DNA of 53,457 nt from a plasmid, in sequence record NZ_CP011050.1; one strand, given 5' to 3'. The translations under genes were made by a program, and so were the position numbers. This document shows positions 28,579 to 42,358 of this stretch, piece after piece (position 1 is the first letter of the stretch; each line of letters starts with the position of its first letter). Under the pieces are notes generated by a model. That model was given only the letters and a program-made list of their open reading frames with translations. It had not been told where the DNA came from and did not search any database.

Positions 28579-31500
28579 ATGATTGAATGGATTATCCGGC
28601 GCTCTGTCGCCAACCGTTTCCTGGTCATGATGGGCGCACTGTTTCTCAGCATCTGGGGCACATGGACGATAATTAACACGCCGGTCGATGCGCTGCCTGA
28701 CCTGTCAGATGTGCAGGTCATTATTAAAACCAGCTATCCCGGACAGGCCCCGCAGATTGTAGAAAACCAGGTCACCTATCCGCTTACCACCACCATGCTG
28801 TCCGTACCTGGCGCAAAAACCGTGCGTGGCTTTTCACAGTTCGGTGATTCGTATGTGTATGTCATTTTTGAAGACGGCACCGATCTGTACTGGGCCCGTT
28901 CGCGCGTGCTGGAATACCTGAATCAGGTTCAGGGCAAACTGCCTGCGGGTGTGAGCTCTGAAATCGGCCCGGACGCCACGGGAGTGGGCTGGATATTTGA
29001 ATATGCCCTTGTCGATCGCAACGGAAAACACGACCTTTCAGAACTGCGCTCTCTGCAGGACTGGTTCCTGAAATTTGAGCTGAAAACCATCCCGAACGTG
29101 GCTGAGGTCGCTTCGGTTGGCGGCGTGGTGAAACAGTACCAGATTCAGGTCAATCCGGTAAAACTGTCCCAGTACGGTATCAGCCTGCCCGAAGTGAAAC
29201 AGGCACTTGAATCGTCTAACCAGGAGGCCGGTGGCTCATCCGTTGAAATGGCCGAAGCGGAGTATATGGTCCGTGCCAGCGGTTATCTTCAGAGCATTGA
29301 TGATTTTAATAACATCGTCCTGAAAACAGGTGAGAACGGCGTGCCGGTTTATCTGCGGGATGTTGCCCGCGTGCAGACCGGGCCCGAAATGAGGCGTGGT
29401 ATTGCCGAGCTGAACGGCCAGGGAGAAGTCGCTGGCGGCGTGGTGATCCTGCGGTCGGGTAAAAATGCGCGCGACGTTATCACGGCAGTGAGGGATAAAC
29501 TGGAGACGCTGAAGGCCAGCCTGCCGGAAGGCGTTGAAATCGTGACCACCTACGATCGCAGCCAGTTAATCGACCGGGCGATTGATAACCTCAGTTCCAA
29601 ACTTCTGGAAGAGTTTATCGTGGTGGCCATCGTCTGTGCTCTGTTCCTGTGGCACGTACGTTCTGCCCTGGTGGCGATTATCTCTCTGCCGCTTGGCCTG
29701 TGTATCGCCTTTATCGTCATGCACTTCCAGGGACTGAACGCCAATATCATGTCGCTGGGAGGGATAGCGATTGCCGTCGGTGCGATGGTGGATGCCGCCA
29801 TTGTGATGATTGAAAATGCGCACAAACGGCTTGAGGAGTGGGATCATCAGCATCCGGGTGAGCAGATTGACAACGCCACCCGCTGGAAGGTGATTACCGA
29901 CGCCTCCGTGGAAGTGGGACCCGCGTTGTTCATTAGCCTGCTGATCATCACCCTGTCCTTTATTCCTATCTTTACCCTGGAAGGGCAGGAAGGTCGTCTG
30001 TTTGGCCCGCTGGCATTCACGAAAACGTACTCCATGGCGGGAGCGGCCGCACTGGCCATCATCGTCATTCCTATTCTGATGGGATTCTGGATCCGGGGGA
30101 AAATTCCTGCCGAGACAAGTAACCCCCTGAACCGGGTGCTGATCAAAGCGTATCATCCTTTGCTGCTGCGGGTCCTCCACTGGCCAAAAACAACTCTGCT
30201 GGTTGCGGCCTTGTCCATTTTCACGGTTATCTGGCCACTGAGTCAGGTGGGCGGTGAATTTCTGCCGAAGATTAACGAGGGCGATCTGCTGTATATGCCG
30301 TCGACCTTGCCTGGCGTCTCTCCGGCAGAAGCTGCAGCGCTCCTGCAGACAACAGACAAGTTAATCAAAAGCGTTCCTGAAGTGGCTTCTGTATTTGGCA
30401 AGACCGGTAAAGCAGAGACCGCAACGGATTCCGCGCCGCTCGAAATGGTGGAAACCACGATCCAGCTCAAACCTGAGGATCAGTGGCGTCCCGGCATGAC
30501 AATTGACAAGATTATTGATGAACTCGACAGGACAGTCCGTTTACCGGGTCTGGCAAACCTCTGGGTGCCGCCTATCCGTAACCGTATTGATATGCTCTCA
30601 ACCGGGATCAAAAGCCCGATAGGTATCAAAGTGTCCGGGACTGTTCTGTCCGATATCGACGCGACGGCGCAGAGTATCGAGGCGGTAGCCAAAACCGTGC
30701 CTGGCGTGGTGTCTGTCCTGGCTGAGCGACTTGAGGGCGGGCGCTACATCGATATCGATATCAACCGGGAGAAAGCCTCCCGCTACGGGATGACGGTAGG
30801 TGATGTCCAGCTGTTCGTCTCTTCAGCAATCGGAGGTGCTATGGTGGGTGAGACGGTTGAAGGGGTGGCCCGGTACCCTATTAACATTCGCTACCCGCAG
30901 GATTACCGGAACAGTCCGCAGGCGCTGAAACAGATGCCGATCCTGACCCCGATGAAGCAGCAGATCACGCTGGGCGATGTCGCGGATATTAACGTCGTTT
31001 CTGGACCAACCATGCTGAAAACCGAAAATGCCCGGCCAGCCAGCTGGATTTATGTTGATGCCCGCGGCAGGGACATGGTGTCGGTGGTTAACGACATTAA
31101 GACGGCCATCAGCGAGAAAGTGAAACTGAGACCGGGAACCAGTGTGGCATTCTCCGGACAGTTTGAACTGCTTGAGCATGCCAACAAGAAACTGAAGCTG
31201 ATGGTGCCGATGACGGTGATGATCATTTTCATCCTGTTGTATCTGGCATTCCGCCGGGTTGACGAAGCCCTGCTGATCCTGATGAGCCTGCCGTTCGCCC
31301 TGGTTGGCGGAATATGGTTCCTGTACTGGCAGGGCTTCCATATGTCAGTGGCGACCGGAACCGGGTTTATCGCCCTGGCCGGGGTGGCAGCAGAGTTTGG
31401 CGTGGTCATGCTGATGTATCTGCGTCATGCCATTGAAGCGCACCCGGAATTGTCCCGTAAAGAGACGTTCACACCGGAAGGTCTTGATGAAGCCCTCTAT

Positions 31501-31725
31501 CATGGTGCCGTACTGCGTGTCCGGCCGAAAGCCATGACCGTGGCGGTGATCATTGCGGGTCTGCTGCCAATACTCTGGGGAACCGGCGCAGGTTCAGAAG
31601 TCATGAGCCGTATTGCTGCGCCAATGATTGGTGGGATGATCACGGCTCCGCTGCTGTCCCTGTTCATTATTCCTGCCGCCTACAAATTAATCTGGCTGCG
31701 CAGACATAAAAAAAGCGTGTCATAA
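28579..31725 (+). CDS. silA: SilA RND heavy-metal efflux pump (CusA-like)
   Basis: 1048 aa, 12-TM RND transporter. Confidence 0.95.
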   Translation: MIEWIIRRSVANRFLVMMGALFLSIWGTWTIINTPVDALPDLSDVQVIIKTSYPGQAPQIVENQVTYPLTTTMLSVPGAKTVRGFSQFGDSYVYVIFEDGTDLYWARSRVLEYLNQVQGKLPAGVSSEIGPDATGVGWIFEYALVDRNGKHDLSELRSLQDWFLKFELKTIPNVAEVASVGGVVKQYQIQVNPVKLSQYGISLPEVKQALESSNQEAGGSSVEMAEAEYMVRASGYLQSIDDFNNIVLKTGENGVPVYLRDVARVQTGPEMRRGIAELNGQGEVAGGVVILRSGKNARDVITAVRDKLETLKASLPEGVEIVTTYDRSQLIDRAIDNLSSKLLEEFIVVAIVCALFLWHVRSALVAIISLPLGLCIAFIVMHFQGLNANIMSLGGIAIAVGAMVDAAIVMIENAHKRLEEWDHQHPGEQIDNATRWKVITDASVEVGPALFISLLIITLSFIPIFTLEGQEGRLFGPLAFTKTYSMAGAAALAIIVIPILMGFWIRGKIPAETSNPLNRVLIKAYHPLLLRVLHWPKTTLLVAALSIFTVIWPLSQVGGEFLPKINEGDLLYMPSTLPGVSPAEAAALLQTTDKLIKSVPEVASVFGKTGKAETATDSAPLEMVETTIQLKPEDQWRPGMTIDKIIDELDRTVRLPGLANLWVPPIRNRIDMLSTGIKSPIGIKVSGTVLSDIDATAQSIEAVAKTVPGVVSVLAERLEGGRYIDIDINREKASRYGMTVGDVQLFVSSAIGGAMVGETVEGVARYPINIRYPQDYRNSPQALKQMPILTPMKQQITLGDVADINVVSGPTMLKTENARPASWIYVDARGRDMVSVVNDIKTAISEKVKLRPGTSVAFSGQFELLEHANKKLKLMVPMTVMIIFILLYLAFRRVDEALLILMSLPFALVGGIWFLYWQGFHMSVATGTGFIALAGVAAEFGVVMLMYLRHAIEAHPELSRKETFTPEGLDEALYHGAVLRVRPKAMTVAVIIAGLLPILWGTGAGSEVMSRIAAPMIGGMITAPLLSLFIIPAAYKLIWLRRHKKSVS

Positions 31726-31811
31726 CCCTGAAAGGGCGCCCCCAGTGGGCGTCCTTCTGCACTGATTCACCCTGACGTCAGGGTTTATATCGATAATATA
31801 CAGAGGTGAGT

Positions 31812-32252
31812 ATGAAAAAAGTGGTTCTAATGGCCCTGGCTCTCGGCCTGTCACTGCCTGCAATGGCGAGTGAAAAAGTCATTGATATGTACAAATCTGA
31901 AAACTGTGGCTGTTGTTCCCTGTGGGGCAAAGCGATGGAAAAAGACAGGTTCGAAGTGCGAACTCACGTCATGAATGATCAGGCGCTGTCAGCCCTGAAA
32001 GAAAAGCATGCTGTTCCTGCTGGACTACGAAGTTGTCATACCGCGGTTGTAGGTAATTTGATCATTGAAGGCCATGTGCCTGCGGCAACGATACATAAGG
32101 CCATGCAGTCTGGTTCGGGTATATACGGTCTCGCCACCCCCGGTATGCCAGCAGGAAGTCCGGGAATGGAGATGGGGGCCCGAAAAGAGGCTTACGATGT
32201 TATCGCATTCTCACCGGAGGGCAGTAAAAAAGTCTTCCAGCGAATCGAATAG
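31812..32252 (+). CDS. DUF411 periplasmic protein (sil ORF105/SilG-like)
   Basis: Signal peptide, CGCC motif, conserved position between silA and silP. Confidence 0.7.
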   Translation: MKKVVLMALALGLSLPAMASEKVIDMYKSENCGCCSLWGKAMEKDRFEVRTHVMNDQALSALKEKHAVPAGLRSCHTAVVGNLIIEGHVPAATIHKAMQSGSGIYGLATPGMPAGSPGMEMGARKEAYDVIAFSPEGSKKVFQRIE

Positions 32253-32379
32253 TCAGCGGAACGGCTGATAACGGGACGCCGGCAGCAGGCACTCTTATGC
32301 CGGCGGCATTCGTGGTAATCGCATCCATGACATATCCTGAAGACAGAAAATGCTTCAGATATGCATAAGGAGAGTTACT

Positions 32380-34821
32380 GTGAAAAATGACAATGCAGTG
32401 GAACATAACAACCAGACTGCTTCTGAGCAGACATCATCCCCGGACGAGAGTCACGCATTGCATAAGGTGAGAGATCCCGTGTGCGGGATGGTCATCCTGC
32501 CTGACAAGGCGCACAGCAGCATTCGATACCAGGACCATCAGCTTTATTTCTGCTCCGCCAGCTGTGAGAGCAAATTTAAAGCCCATCCCGATCATTATTT
32601 TACCGAAGATGCCAGTGAACATCACCATCACCACGACCACCATGAAGTCAGCCCTGATAAGATAAAACAGTCTCACCGCCAGGCGGAGAAAGAGATTTCT
32701 GAAGGTGTGTGGACATGTCCGATGCATCCGGAGATACGCCGTAGTAGTCCCGGAAGCTGTCCTGTCTGTGGAATGGCACTGGAGCCGCTCGTAGCTACGG
32801 CATCCACGGGGACGAGTGATGAACTTCGCGACATGACAAGACGCTTCTGGCTGGGGTTGTTGCTGGCGTTTCCGGTTCTGATACTCGAAATGGGTTCTCA
32901 TCTGTTTCCCGCTTTGAGGAATACAGTACCGCCACAGTACAACACATGGCTGCAGTTACTTCTGGCCTCTCCTGTCGTTTTGTGGTGTGGCTGGCCATTC
33001 TTCGCCCGGGCCGGAATGTCGTTACGTAACCGCTCCCTGAATATGTTTACCCTTGTTGCAATGGGGACCGGCGTAGCCTGGGTTTACAGCGTCATTGCAA
33101 CCGTCTTCCCCTCCTGGTTTCCTGCATCGTTCAGAAACATGGATGGCCTGGTGGCCATTTATTTTGAAGCCGCAGCTGTTATTACGGTGCTTGTTCTGCT
33201 GGGACAGGTCCTTGAATTGCGGGCAAGGGAACAAACCTCAGGTGCCATTACTGCGCTTCTTAACCTTGCCCCCAAAACCGCCAGGCGGCTGGATCAAGAC
33301 GGTCATGAAACGGATATTAATGCGGAAGATGTCCTGCCTGGCGATAAGCTCCGCATCAGACCTGGAGAGAGTATTCCGGTCGACGGTATCGTGGTCGAAG
33401 GCAAAACAACCGTTGATGAATCGATGGTGACCGGGGAATCTATGCCTGTTACCAAAACGGAGGGTGACCCTGTCATCGGGGGGACCATTAATCAGACAGG
33501 TAGTCTTATCATCCGTGCAGAGAAAGTCGGTGATGAAACGATGCTCTCACGAATTGTTCAGATGGTCGCTGATGCACAGCGTTCGCGGGCCCCCATCCAG
33601 AGAATGGCTGACAGCGTTTCAGGCTGGTTTGTTCCTCTGGTGATACTTATCGCGGTTGTTGCTTTCATGATCTGGTCTGTCTGGGGGCCCGAGCCCAGGA
33701 TGGCGCACGGTCTCATTGCGGCTGTGTCGGTCCTGATTATTGCCTGTCCCTGCGCGCTGGGGCTGGCCACGCCGATGTCGATAATGGTGGGGGTGGGCAA
33801 AGGAGCCCAGGCCGGGGTGTTAATCAAGAATGCCGAAGCCCTTGAGCGTCTTGAAAAAGTGGACACGCTGGTTGTCGACAAAACAGGCACGCTCACGGAA
33901 GGTTCGCCGACGGTGACAGGGATTATCAGTCTCAATCCGGGTGGGGAAACATCTCTTTTGCGTGTAACGGCCGCAGTGGAAAAAGGCTCGCAGCATCCGC
34001 TGGGTATGGCAGTAGTTAAAGCAGCACAGGAAAAGGGGATCGCAATACCCGCAGTCACTCATTTCAATGCGCCGTCGGGTAAAGGTGTCTCAGGCGATGT
34101 CGAAGGTCAACGGGTTGTTATTGGTAATGAACTGGCTATGCAGGAAAACAGTATCGTTATTGATAATCAAAAGGCCGTTGCGGATACGTTGCGGATGGAA
34201 GGCGCTACCGTTATCTATGTGGCCACAGACGGGCACCTTGCAGGCCTGATAGCTATCTCGGATCCCGTGAAAGCAACCACGCCGGATGCGCTTAAAGCTT
34301 TGCGTCAGGCGGGGATCCGCATCGTTATGCTCACCGGGGATAACCAGCTTACCGCTGAAGCAGTCGCACGGAAACTGGGAATAGATGAGGTTGAAGCCGG
34401 GATTCTGCCGGATGGCAAAAAAGCAGTGATAACCCGACTGAAAGCGTCTGGCCATGTGGTTGCGATGGCCGGAGACGGTGTGAATGATGCCCCGGCGCTG
34501 GCAGCGGCTGACGTGGGTATAGCCATGGGAACGGGTACAGATGTGGCAATTGAAAGTGCCGGAGTCACCCTTCTCAAAGGCGACTTGATGATACTGAACA
34601 GGGCCCGTCATCTGTCAGAAATCACCATGAAAAATATCCGACAGAATCTGTTTTTTGCATTTATCTACAACGCACTTGGCGTGCCTGTGGCTGCAGGTCT
34701 GCTTTATCCTGTGTATGGAATACTGCTGTCGCCAGTTATTGCGGCGGCGGCCATGGCTCTTTCCTCCGTCAGCGTCATTGTGAATGCGTTGCGTCTGAAA
34801 AGTGTCAGGCTCGGGAAATAA
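32380..34821 (+). CDS. silP: SilP P1B-type Ag+/Cu+ exporting ATPase (GTG start after AAGGAGAG RBS)
   Basis: [16 protein letters not shown] motifs; His-rich N-terminus. Confidence 0.9.
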   Translation: MKNDNAVEHNNQTASEQTSSPDESHALHKVRDPVCGMVILPDKAHSSIRYQDHQLYFCSASCESKFKAHPDHYFTEDASEHHHHHDHHEVSPDKIKQSHRQAEKEISEGVWTCPMHPEIRRSSPGSCPVCGMALEPLVATASTGTSDELRDMTRRFWLGLLLAFPVLILEMGSHLFPALRNTVPPQYNTWLQLLLASPVVLWCGWPFFARAGMSLRNRSLNMFTLVAMGTGVAWVYSVIATVFPSWFPASFRNMDGLVAIYFEAAAVITVLVLLGQVLELRAREQTSGAITALLNLAPKTARRLDQDGHETDINAEDVLPGDKLRIRPGESIPVDGIVVEGKTTVDESMVTGESMPVTKTEGDPVIGGTINQTGSLIIRAEKVGDETMLSRIVQMVADAQRSRAPIQRMADSVSGWFVPLVILIAVVAFMIWSVWGPEPRMAHGLIAAVSVLIIACPCALGLATPMSIMVGVGKGAQAGVLIKNAEALERLEKVDTLVVDKTGTLTEGSPTVTGIISLNPGGETSLLRVTAAVEKGSQHPLGMAVVKAAQEKGIAIPAVTHFNAPSGKGVSGDVEGQRVVIGNELAMQENSIVIDNQKAVADTLRMEGATVIYVATDGHLAGLIAISDPVKATTPDALKALRQAGIRIVMLTGDNQLTAEAVARKLGIDEVEAGILPDGKKAVITRLKASGHVVAMAGDGVNDAPALAAADVGIAMGTGTDVAIESAGVTLLKGDLMILNRARHLSEITMKNIRQNLFFAFIYNALGVPVAAGLLYPVYGILLSPVIAAAAMALSSVSVIVNALRLKSVRLGK

Positions 34822-34861
34822 CACTGAGTGAAGGGGCTGTTACGAACAGAAGGAGTCCAGT

Positions 34862-35059
34862 ATGAAAAGTACCACCTATGCGCTTATTGCTGTCGCCGCG
34901 ATCGCGGCATTTGCCCTCCTGCGCGAACACTGGTCACATGTGGCAGGTTACTGGCCATATCTGTTATTGCTGGTCTGCCCGCTAATGCATCTTTTCCACG
35001 GCCACGGAGGGCATGGAGATCATCAACATCAAGGAAGTGAAAACGATAAAAAAAATTAA
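34862..35059 (+). CDS. DUF2933 small membrane protein with His-rich tail
   Basis: 65 aa, HGHGGHGDHQHQ tail, conserved downstream of silP. Confidence 0.6.
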   Translation: MKSTTYALIAVAAIAAFALLREHWSHVAGYWPYLLLLVCPLMHLFHGHGGHGDHQHQGSENDKKN

Positions 35060-35068
35060 TCCGGCAGA

Positions 35069-35092
35069 CGGGGCCGCGTCGCGGCCCCGTTA
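35069..35092. terminator. bidirectional GC hairpin GGGGCCGCG-TC-GCGGCCCC between convergent genes
   Basis: Perfect 9-bp stem. Confidence 0.5.
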
Positions 35093-35443
35093 TCAGTCCA
35101 GGTATCGTTCGTAGTCTCTGGCATGCGCAAAGGCATGCTGTTCAAGTTTGTTATCAGCGGGTGCCGCTGCCCGGAACGCCAGTGAGTTAACAGGATTGTT
35201 ATTGATGACCAGCTCGTAATGCAGATGAGGACCGGATGAACGTCCGCTGTTACCGGATAACGCAATAGCGTCTCCCCGGGTAACCCTGGCCCCTTTAGTA
35301 ACGAGTATTTTATTGAGGTGGAGATAGCGAGTTTTAACACCGGCTTTTCCCGTTACTTCAACAAAATATCCCATGGTACTGTTGTATTCGGCCCGGGTGA
35401 TTTTTCCGTCGATGACGCTGACTATTTTCGTGTTCATGGGCAT
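35093..35443 (-). CDS. M23-family peptidase domain protein
   Basis: HLHYE and SGNSGRSSGPH motifs typical of M23/LytM; start set at an internal Met to avoid overlap with the upstream gene. Confidence 0.65.
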   Translation of the reverse strand: MPMNTKIVSVIDGKITRAEYNSTMGYFVEVTGKAGVKTRYLHLNKILVTKGARVTRGDAIALSGNSGRSSGPHLHYELVINNNPVNSLAFRAAAPADNKLEQHAFAHARDYERYLD

Positions 35444-35459
35444 GGAATAATCAATGCCA

Positions 35460-35897
35460 TTACAGCCCGCGAAGCTTTCTTGCCTGCGTCTGATGTGCTT
35501 CCGCACCGGCATTATTGACCTGCTCATGCACGAGAGCGGCTTTTTCTCCGGCATTCAGTTCGTTAAAAGAAGAAGACGAGGTCTTTGAATTTGCATCACT
35601 GCCGGACAGCATTTTTTTATGTTCCTCAATCATTTTCTGATGCGCATAGGACGCGCTGTTGTTCATAAATGAATGAGCAACAATGGCCCTTTCATGTTCA
35701 TTCATTTCAGAGAATGAGGGCGTGTTGTTTTTATTAACCCTGTCCGGTAAGTTTTCATGCGTCGAGGAGTTCACATGACTGACGGCTGAGGCATTATTAA
35801 CAAATCGATGTGCTTCATGGGCAATATCACTGGACTGAGCAAAAGCTGCCCCACAAAATAAAGCTGTAAACGCAGTGGTCGTGATTAATATATTCAT
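35460..35897 (-). CDS. SilE/PcoE-family periplasmic metal-binding protein (paralogue)
   Basis: Signal peptide; repeated NEHERA / HxxM motifs as in SilE/PcoE. Confidence 0.75.
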   Translation of the reverse strand: MNILITTTAFTALFCGAAFAQSSDIAHEAHRFVNNASAVSHVNSSTHENLPDRVNKNNTPSFSEMNEHERAIVAHSFMNNSASYAHQKMIEEHKKMLSGSDANSKTSSSSFNELNAGEKAALVHEQVNNAGAEAHQTQARKLRGL

Positions 35898-35980
35898 GTG
35901 TAATTACCTTCTGAGGTACATAAAAGATGTCCTTATGATCATATATAAAAATAATCAACCTGTGGGGAAGATGACGTAAA

Positions 35981-36004
35981 TGTAATACAGCTATGTACAT
36001 TACA
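35981..36004. promoter_or_regulatory. candidate copper box: palindrome TGTAAT-N12-ATTACA upstream of pcoA
   Basis: Inverted hexamers ~130 bp upstream of pcoA; a further TGTAAT at 36008. Confidence 0.4.
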
Positions 36005-36131
36005 CGATTGTAATGAATTTGTTTCTTAAGGTGTGCTAGATTCATTTCATTGTAAGTGGATGAACCAGTAATTTAATTTAAATCGGTTCTCGAATTCTGT
36101 CAGTAACCATACTTTAAATAAGGGAATGCGC

Positions 36132-37949
36132 ATGCTGTTGAAAACGTCTCGACGAACTTTCCTGAAGGGGTTAACCCTCTCTGGCGTAGCCGGAAGTCTT
36201 GGCGTATGGAGTTTCAATGCGCGTTCCAGTCTGAGCCTGCCAGTTGCCGCATCCCTGCAGGGTACTCAGTTTGACCTGACCATTGGTGAAACGGCCGTCA
36301 ATATCACGGGCAGTGAGCGTCAGGCCAAAACAATCAATGGAGGCCTGCCGGGGCCCGTTCTTCGCTGGAAAGAAGGTGACACCATTACCCTGAAGGTCAA
36401 AAACCGTCTTAATGAACAGACGTCCATTCACTGGCACGGCATTATTCTTCCGGCCAATATGGATGGTGTTCCGGGGCTGAGTTTTATGGGCATAGAGCCT
36501 GATGATACCTACGTTTACACCTTTAAGGTTAAGCAGAACGGGACTTACTGGTACCACAGCCATTCCGGTCTGCAGGAACAGGAGGGGGTATACGGTGCCA
36601 TTATCATCGATGCCAGGGAGCCAGAACCGTTTGCTTACGATCGTGAGCATGTGGTCATGTTGTCTGACTGGACCGATGAAAATCCTCACAGCCTGCTGAA
36701 AAAATTAAAAAAACAGTCGGATTACTACAATTTCAATAAACCAACCGTTGGCTCTTTTTTCCGCGACGTGAATACCAGGGGGCTGTCAGCCACCATTGCC
36801 GATCGGAAAATGTGGGCTGAAATGAAAATGAATCCGACTGACCTCGCGGATGTCAGTGGCTACACCTACACCTATCTCATGAACGGGCAGGCCCCGCTGA
36901 AAAACTGGACCGGACTGTTCCGTCCCGGTGAAAAGATACGCTTACGGTTTATCAACGGCTCGGCAATGACCTATTTCGATATCCGTATCCCCGGGCTGAA
37001 AATGACGGTCGTGGCTGCAGATGGCCAGTATGTAAACCCGGTTACCGTTGACGAATTCAGGATTGCCGTTGCCGAAACCTATGATGTCATTGTGGAGCCT
37101 CAGGGTGAGGCCTATACCATCTTCGCACAATCCATGGACAGGACCGGTTACGCTCGAGGGACACTGGCCACGAGAGAGGGGTTAAGTGCTGCCGTTCCCC
37201 CCCTCGATCCCCGTCCTCTGTTGACCATGGAAGATATGGGTATGGGGGGAATGGGACATGATATGGCAGGAATGGACCACAGCCAGATGGGAGGCATGGA
37301 TAACAGCGGAGAGATGATGTCTATGGACGGTGCTGACCTTCCGGATAGCGGGACATCCTCCGCGCCCATGGATCACAGCAGCATGGCCGGTATGGATCAT
37401 TCCCGGATGGCCGGAATGCCGGGTATGCAAAGTCATCCTGCGTCAGAAACGGATAACCCACTGGTTGATATGCAGGCGATGAGCGTCTCTCCGAAATTAA
37501 ATGATCCGGGTATTGGTCTTCGAAATAACGGAAGAAAGGTTCTCACGTACGCGGATTTGAAAAGCCGCTTTGAGGATCCTGACGGACGTGAACCTGGCCG
37601 TACCATAGAACTGCATTTAACCGGCCACATGGAAAAGTTTGCCTGGTCATTTAACGGAATCAAGTTTTCAGATGCCGCACCGGTGCTGCTGAAATACGGT
37701 GAGCGGCTCAGGATCACGCTGATCAACGATACCATGATGACTCACCCCATTCACCTGCATGGTATGTGGAGCGATCTGGAAGATGAAAACGGTAATTTCA
37801 TGGTTCGTAAACACACAATAGATGTTCCCCCTGGTACAAAACGCAGTTACAGAGTGACAGCAGATGCGCTTGGCCGCTGGGCGTATCACTGCCATTTGCT
37901 CTATCACATGGAAATGGGAATGTTTCGTGAAGTCCGGGTGGAGGAATGA
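36132..37949 (+). CDS. pcoA: PcoA multicopper oxidase (Tat signal SRRTFLKG)
   Basis: HWHG, HSH, Hx[13 protein letters not shown] copper sites; Met-rich insert. Confidence 0.95.
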   Translation: MLLKTSRRTFLKGLTLSGVAGSLGVWSFNARSSLSLPVAASLQGTQFDLTIGETAVNITGSERQAKTINGGLPGPVLRWKEGDTITLKVKNRLNEQTSIHWHGIILPANMDGVPGLSFMGIEPDDTYVYTFKVKQNGTYWYHSHSGLQEQEGVYGAIIIDAREPEPFAYDREHVVMLSDWTDENPHSLLKKLKKQSDYYNFNKPTVGSFFRDVNTRGLSATIADRKMWAEMKMNPTDLADVSGYTYTYLMNGQAPLKNWTGLFRPGEKIRLRFINGSAMTYFDIRIPGLKMTVVAADGQYVNPVTVDEFRIAVAETYDVIVEPQGEAYTIFAQSMDRTGYARGTLATREGLSAAVPPLDPRPLLTMEDMGMGGMGHDMAGMDHSQMGGMDNSGEMMSMDGADLPDSGTSSAPMDHSSMAGMDHSRMAGMPGMQSHPASETDNPLVDMQAMSVSPKLNDPGIGLRNNGRKVLTYADLKSRFEDPDGREPGRTIELHLTGHMEKFAWSFNGIKFSDAAPVLLKYGERLRITLINDTMMTHPIHLHGMWSDLEDENGNFMVRKHTIDVPPGTKRSYRVTADALGRWAYHCHLLYHMEMGMFREVRVEE

Positions 37950-37954
37950 TGCGA

Positions 37955-38845
37955 ATGAAGAGAAATTTGAAGGCCATACCTGTTCTGGTCGCCGGTTTGT
38001 TTACCTCACAGCTTTCTATTGCGGCGGGCTCCGTCTCTGCAGATCCCCACGCCGGGCACGACATGTCTGCCATGCAGATGCCAGCAGATGAGAATTTCAC
38101 TGAGATGACGTCAATGGAGCCCATTGTAACTGAGAGCAGAACGCCAATTCCGCCTGTTACCGATGCCGACCGGAAGGCTGCATTCGGCAATTTACAGGGG
38201 CATGCGATTCACGACAGTGCGATTAATTATCTGGTTCTGCTGGATCAACTGGAATGGCAACGGTCGGATAACACCAACAATTTCAGCTGGAGTGTTAACA
38301 GCTGGATTGGAGGCGACACAGATCGGATTTGGCTAAAGAGTGAAGGTGAACGAAGCAATGGGGAAACGGAGGCGGCTGAAGCGCAGTTACTCTGGGGACA
38401 TGCGGTTGGCCCATGGTGGGATTTGGTTGCGGGTGTCAGGCAGGATTTCAGACCTGCTTCTGCCCGGACCTGGGCTGCTGTCGGTTTTCAGGGGCTGGCA
38501 CTCTATAATTTTGAGTCTGAAATTACGGGTTTTGTCAGTAATGGCGGAAAAGCAGCCCTTCGTCTGGGAGGAGAATACGACGTTTTACTGACTAACCGGC
38601 TCATACTCCAGCCATCCTATGAGGTGAATTTCTACAGTCAGGATGATGAATCGCGGGGTCGCGGCAGGGGACTGACTGACACAGAGCTGGGGCTCCGGCT
38701 GCGCTATGAAATACGCCGTGAGTTTGCACCCTATATAGGCGTTTCCTGGAATCAACTTTACGGGAAAACATCCGATATGGCGAAAAGAGAAGGTGAGAAA
38801 GACCATCAGGTAGTATTCCTGGCGGGAGCCAGAATCTGGTTTTAA
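37955..38845 (+). CDS. pcoB: PcoB outer-membrane copper resistance protein
   Basis: [11 protein letters not shown]... start overlaps the pcoA end; CopB family. Confidence 0.9.
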   Translation: MKRNLKAIPVLVAGLFTSQLSIAAGSVSADPHAGHDMSAMQMPADENFTEMTSMEPIVTESRTPIPPVTDADRKAAFGNLQGHAIHDSAINYLVLLDQLEWQRSDNTNNFSWSVNSWIGGDTDRIWLKSEGERSNGETEAAEAQLLWGHAVGPWWDLVAGVRQDFRPASARTWAAVGFQGLALYNFESEITGFVSNGGKAALRLGGEYDVLLTNRLILQPSYEVNFYSQDDESRGRGRGLTDTELGLRLRYEIRREFAPYIGVSWNQLYGKTSDMAKREGEKDHQVVFLAGARIWF

Positions 38846-38884
38846 CGCACTGATATAAAACACTCAACTAAACAGGTAAATAAA

Positions 38885-39265
38885 ATGTCGATTTTAAATA
38901 AAGCCATTCTTACAGGTGGCCTCGTTATGGGCGTTGCTTTCTCTGCTATGGCCCATCCGGAATTAAAAAGCTCTGTGCCACAGGCTGATTCAGCCGTAGC
39001 GGCCCCGGAAAAGATTCAGCTTAATTTCTCGGAAAATCTGACCGTGAAATTCTCAGGTGCAAAATTAACGATGACGGGTATGAAAGGCATGTCATCACAT
39101 TCTCCGATGCCGGTCGCGGCAAAAGTGGCGCCAGGCGCTGACCCTAAATCGATGGTCATTATTCCGCGAGAGCCTTTACCCGCTGGCACTTATCGTGTTG
39201 ACTGGCGCGCGGTTTCTTCAGATACGCACCCTATTACCGGTAATTACACCTTTACAGTGAAGTAA
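38885..39265 (+). CDS. pcoC: PcoC periplasmic copper chaperone
   Basis: 126 aa CopC family, Met-rich loop [13 protein letters not shown]. Confidence 0.9.
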
Positions 39266-39269
39266 TATT

Positions 39270-40199
39270 ATGAACGACCTGATTATGATTGTTATTCGTT
39301 TTCTTCTTTATCTGGATTTGATGGTAATATTTGGATTGCCATTTTTTCAGATATATGGAATAAGCGGTGTCAGACATGAAACCTATAACCTGACTAATTT
39401 CAGGTCGTTTATAACCTTTGCTGTTGTTACAGGCATCATTCTTACTGGCATTAATATGCTCCTGGTATCTAATGCCATGAGTGGAGTAACTGACCTCAGA
39501 GAATTATCCATCCATGTTATCGAGATGGTGATAGAAGAAACTGATGTGGGTATTAGCTGGATTGTCAGGCTCTGTGCCCTGTTTACCACACTCGGTGCTT
39601 TGTTCCTTTACACTAATAAGAGAGTATTGTCCTGCCTGCTGATGACGATGAGTGGAGGCGTGGCGCTGGCTACACTTGCCTGGGGAGGACACGCCGTTAT
39701 GCATGACGGTCTGCATTACTATCTCCATTTACTGAGCGATCTGACCCATCTCGGCGCTGCAGGTGCCTGGACAGGTGCTCTGGTTGCATTTGCTATCCTG
39801 CTGATGCGCAGAAACGAGCATAATGCACAGAGCGTCATTGTGATATCTGACTCCCTGGCAAAATTTGCCACGGCAGGAACGGTGATTGTTGTAGCCCTGA
39901 TCCTGAGTGCGCTGGTCAACTATCTGTATATTGCTGAGGGTAACTTAACTCCCTTATTCAACAGTTCCTGGGGGAGGATATTGCTTGCCAAGACGGCTCT
40001 GTTTGTTCTGATGCTTCTTCTGGCTGCAGCAAACCGGTTTCACCTGGGTCCCCGGCTTGAAGTTATGGTCAGGGAAGGGAATTATGATCGCAGCGTTGCC
40101 CTGATGCGAAACAGCATCCTGACAGAATTCGTTGTTGCGATTATCATTCTGGGCGCCGTAGCGTGGCTCGGAATGCTTGCTCCGTCTCAGGTCAGCTAG
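39270..40199 (+). CDS. pcoD: PcoD inner-membrane copper transport protein
   Basis: 8-TM CopD family immediately after pcoC. Confidence 0.9.
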
Positions 40200-40253
40200 G
40201 GGACAGCCAAAGCTCATGCGTGAGATTTTTACTTTCATATCAGCGAGTTGACC

Positions 40254-40934
40254 ATGCAGCGTATTTTAATCGTTGAAGACGAACAAAAAACAGGTCGTTA
40301 CCTGCAGCAGGGACTGGTTGAGGAAGGCTATCAGGCCGATCTCTTTAATAATGGCCGCGATGGTCTCGGGGCCGCGTCGAAGGGACAGTATGATTTGATA
40401 ATACTGGACGTGATGCTGCCTTTCCTCGACGGGTGGCAAATCATCAGCGCACTGAGGGAGTCCGGGCACGAAGAACCGGTCCTGTTTTTAACCGCAAAGG
40501 ACAACGTGCGGGACAAAGTGAAAGGACTGGAGCTTGGCGCAGATGACTACCTGATTAAGCCCTTTGATTTTACGGAGCTGGTTGCACGTGTAAGAACCCT
40601 ACTGCGCCGGGCACGCTCGCAGGCCGCAACAGTCTGCACCATCGCCGATATGACCGTTGATATGGTGCGCCGGACCGTGATCCGTTCGGGGAAGAAGATC
40701 CATCTCACCGGTAAAGAATACGTTCTGCTTGAGTTGCTGCTGCAACGCACCGGAGAAGTGTTACCCAGGAGTCTTATCTCGTCCCTGGTCTGGAACATGA
40801 ATTTTGACAGTGATACGAATGTGATTGATGTCGCCGTGAGACGTCTGAGAAGTAAAATTGATGATGACTTTGAGCCAAAACTGATCCATACCGTTCGCGG
40901 TGCCGGATATGTCCTGGAGATCAGAGAAGAGTGA
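40254..40934 (+). CDS. pcoR: PcoR response regulator
   Basis: [17 protein letters not shown] OmpR family. Confidence 0.9.
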   Translation: MQRILIVEDEQKTGRYLQQGLVEEGYQADLFNNGRDGLGAASKGQYDLIILDVMLPFLDGWQIISALRESGHEEPVLFLTAKDNVRDKVKGLELGADDYLIKPFDFTELVARVRTLLRRARSQAATVCTIADMTVDMVRRTVIRSGKKIHLTGKEYVLLELLLQRTGEVLPRSLISSLVWNMNFDSDTNVIDVAVRRLRSKIDDDFEPKLIHTVRGAGYVLEIREE

Positions 40935-42331
40935 GGTTCAAAATTTCCCTGACCACACGCCTGAGCCTGATTTTTTCTGCGGTGATGCTTACGGTATGGT
41001 GGTTATCAAGTTTTATCCTGATTAGCACCCTTAATGGCTATTTCGATAATCAGGACCGCGATTTTCTGACAGGTAAACTTCAGCTCACCGAAGAGTTTCT
41101 TAAAACAGAGACGTTCAGGAACAAAACGGATATTAAGTCATTATCAGAAAAAATAAACGATGCGATGGTGGGGCACAATGGCTTATTCATTTCTATAAAA
41201 AACATGGAAAATGAAAAAATTGTTGAACTCTATGCCAAAAATTCTGTTGTTCCAGCGGTCCTGCTTAATAAGTCGGGTGATATTCTCGACTATATGATCC
41301 AGACGGAAGAAAATAACACCGTGTACCGCAGTATCTCGCGGCGGGTTGCCGTGACGCCGGAACAGGGTAAAAGCAAACATGTCATCATTACGGTTGCCAC
41401 GGATACTGGGTATCACACCCTGTTTATGGACAAACTCAGTACCTGGCTGTTCTGGTTCAATATCGGTCTGGTCTTTATTTCTGTTTTTCTGGGCTGGCTG
41501 ACCACACGTATTGGTCTGAAACCGCTACGGGAAATGACCAGTCTGGCTTCCTCCATGACCGTACACAGCCTGGATCAGCGTCTAAATCCCGATCTGGCTC
41601 CGCCGGAAATCTCTGAGACCATGCAGGAGTTCAATAATATGTTTGATCGCCTGGAGGGGGCATTCCGGAAACTGTCAGATTTCTCGTCTGACATCGCGCA
41701 TGAGCTGCGCACACCAGTCAGTAATCTGATGATGCAGACGCAGTTTGCACTGGCTAAGGAAAGGGATGTTTCGCATTACCGCGAAATTTTATTCGCTAAC
41801 CTGGAAGAACTGAAAAGGTTGTCACGAATGACCAGTGACATGCTTTTTCTGGCACGTTCAGAGCATGGTCTGCTGCGGCTGGATAAACATGATGTGGATC
41901 TGGCAGCCGAACTGAATGAATTACGTGAGTTGTTCGAGCCCCTGGCAGACGAAACAGGAAAGACAATCACGGTTGAAGGAGAGGGCGTTGTTGCCGGAGA
42001 CAGCGATATGCTCCGACGTGCTTTCAGTAACCTGCTTTCCAATGCAATCAAGTATTCTCCCGATAACACCTGTACAGCGATACACCTTGAGCGTGACAGT
42101 GACTGTGTGAACGTGATGATTACGAATACGATGTCCGGCCAGGTTCCCGCTAATCTGGAACGTTTGTTTGACCGGTTCTATCGCGCAGACTCATCAAGGT
42201 TCTACAACACGGAAGGCGCGGGGCTGGGATTATCAATTACAAGGTCGATCATTCATGCTCACGGCGGCGAGCTGTCAGCAGAACAGCAGGGGCGGGAAAT
42301 TGTGTTCAGTGTGCGTCTGTTAATGGATTAA
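40931..42331 (+). CDS. pcoS: PcoS sensor histidine kinase
   Basis: HELRTP H-box, G-boxes, 4-nt overlap with pcoR. Confidence 0.9.
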   Translation: MRFKISLTTRLSLIFSAVMLTVWWLSSFILISTLNGYFDNQDRDFLTGKLQLTEEFLKTETFRNKTDIKSLSEKINDAMVGHNGLFISIKNMENEKIVELYAKNSVVPAVLLNKSGDILDYMIQTEENNTVYRSISRRVAVTPEQGKSKHVIITVATDTGYHTLFMDKLSTWLFWFNIGLVFISVFLGWLTTRIGLKPLREMTSLASSMTVHSLDQRLNPDLAPPEISETMQEFNNMFDRLEGAFRKLSDFSSDIAHELRTPVSNLMMQTQFALAKERDVSHYREILFANLEELKRLSRMTSDMLFLARSEHGLLRLDKHDVDLAAELNELRELFEPLADETGKTITVEGEGVVAGDSDMLRRAFSNLLSNAIKYSPDNTCTAIHLERDSDCVNVMITNTMSGQVPANLERLFDRFYRADSSRFYNTEGAGLGLSITRSIIHAHGGELSAEQQGREIVFSVRLLMD

Positions 42332-42358
42332 TACCGTTATTCAGGAGAAACCCGGAAG

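Noticed and set aside
29566-31409. Several 100-200-aa minus-strand ORFs inside silA
   Set aside because: Antisense to a highly conserved RND pump gene; His/Arg-rich low-complexity products
31726-31800. Hairpin CCCTGACGTCAGGG after silA as terminator
   Set aside because: No T-run, and the next gene follows in the same operon; more likely an intra-operon structure
36171-38190. Minus-strand ORFs inside pcoA/pcoB
   Set aside because: Antisense artefacts within well-supported copper-resistance genes
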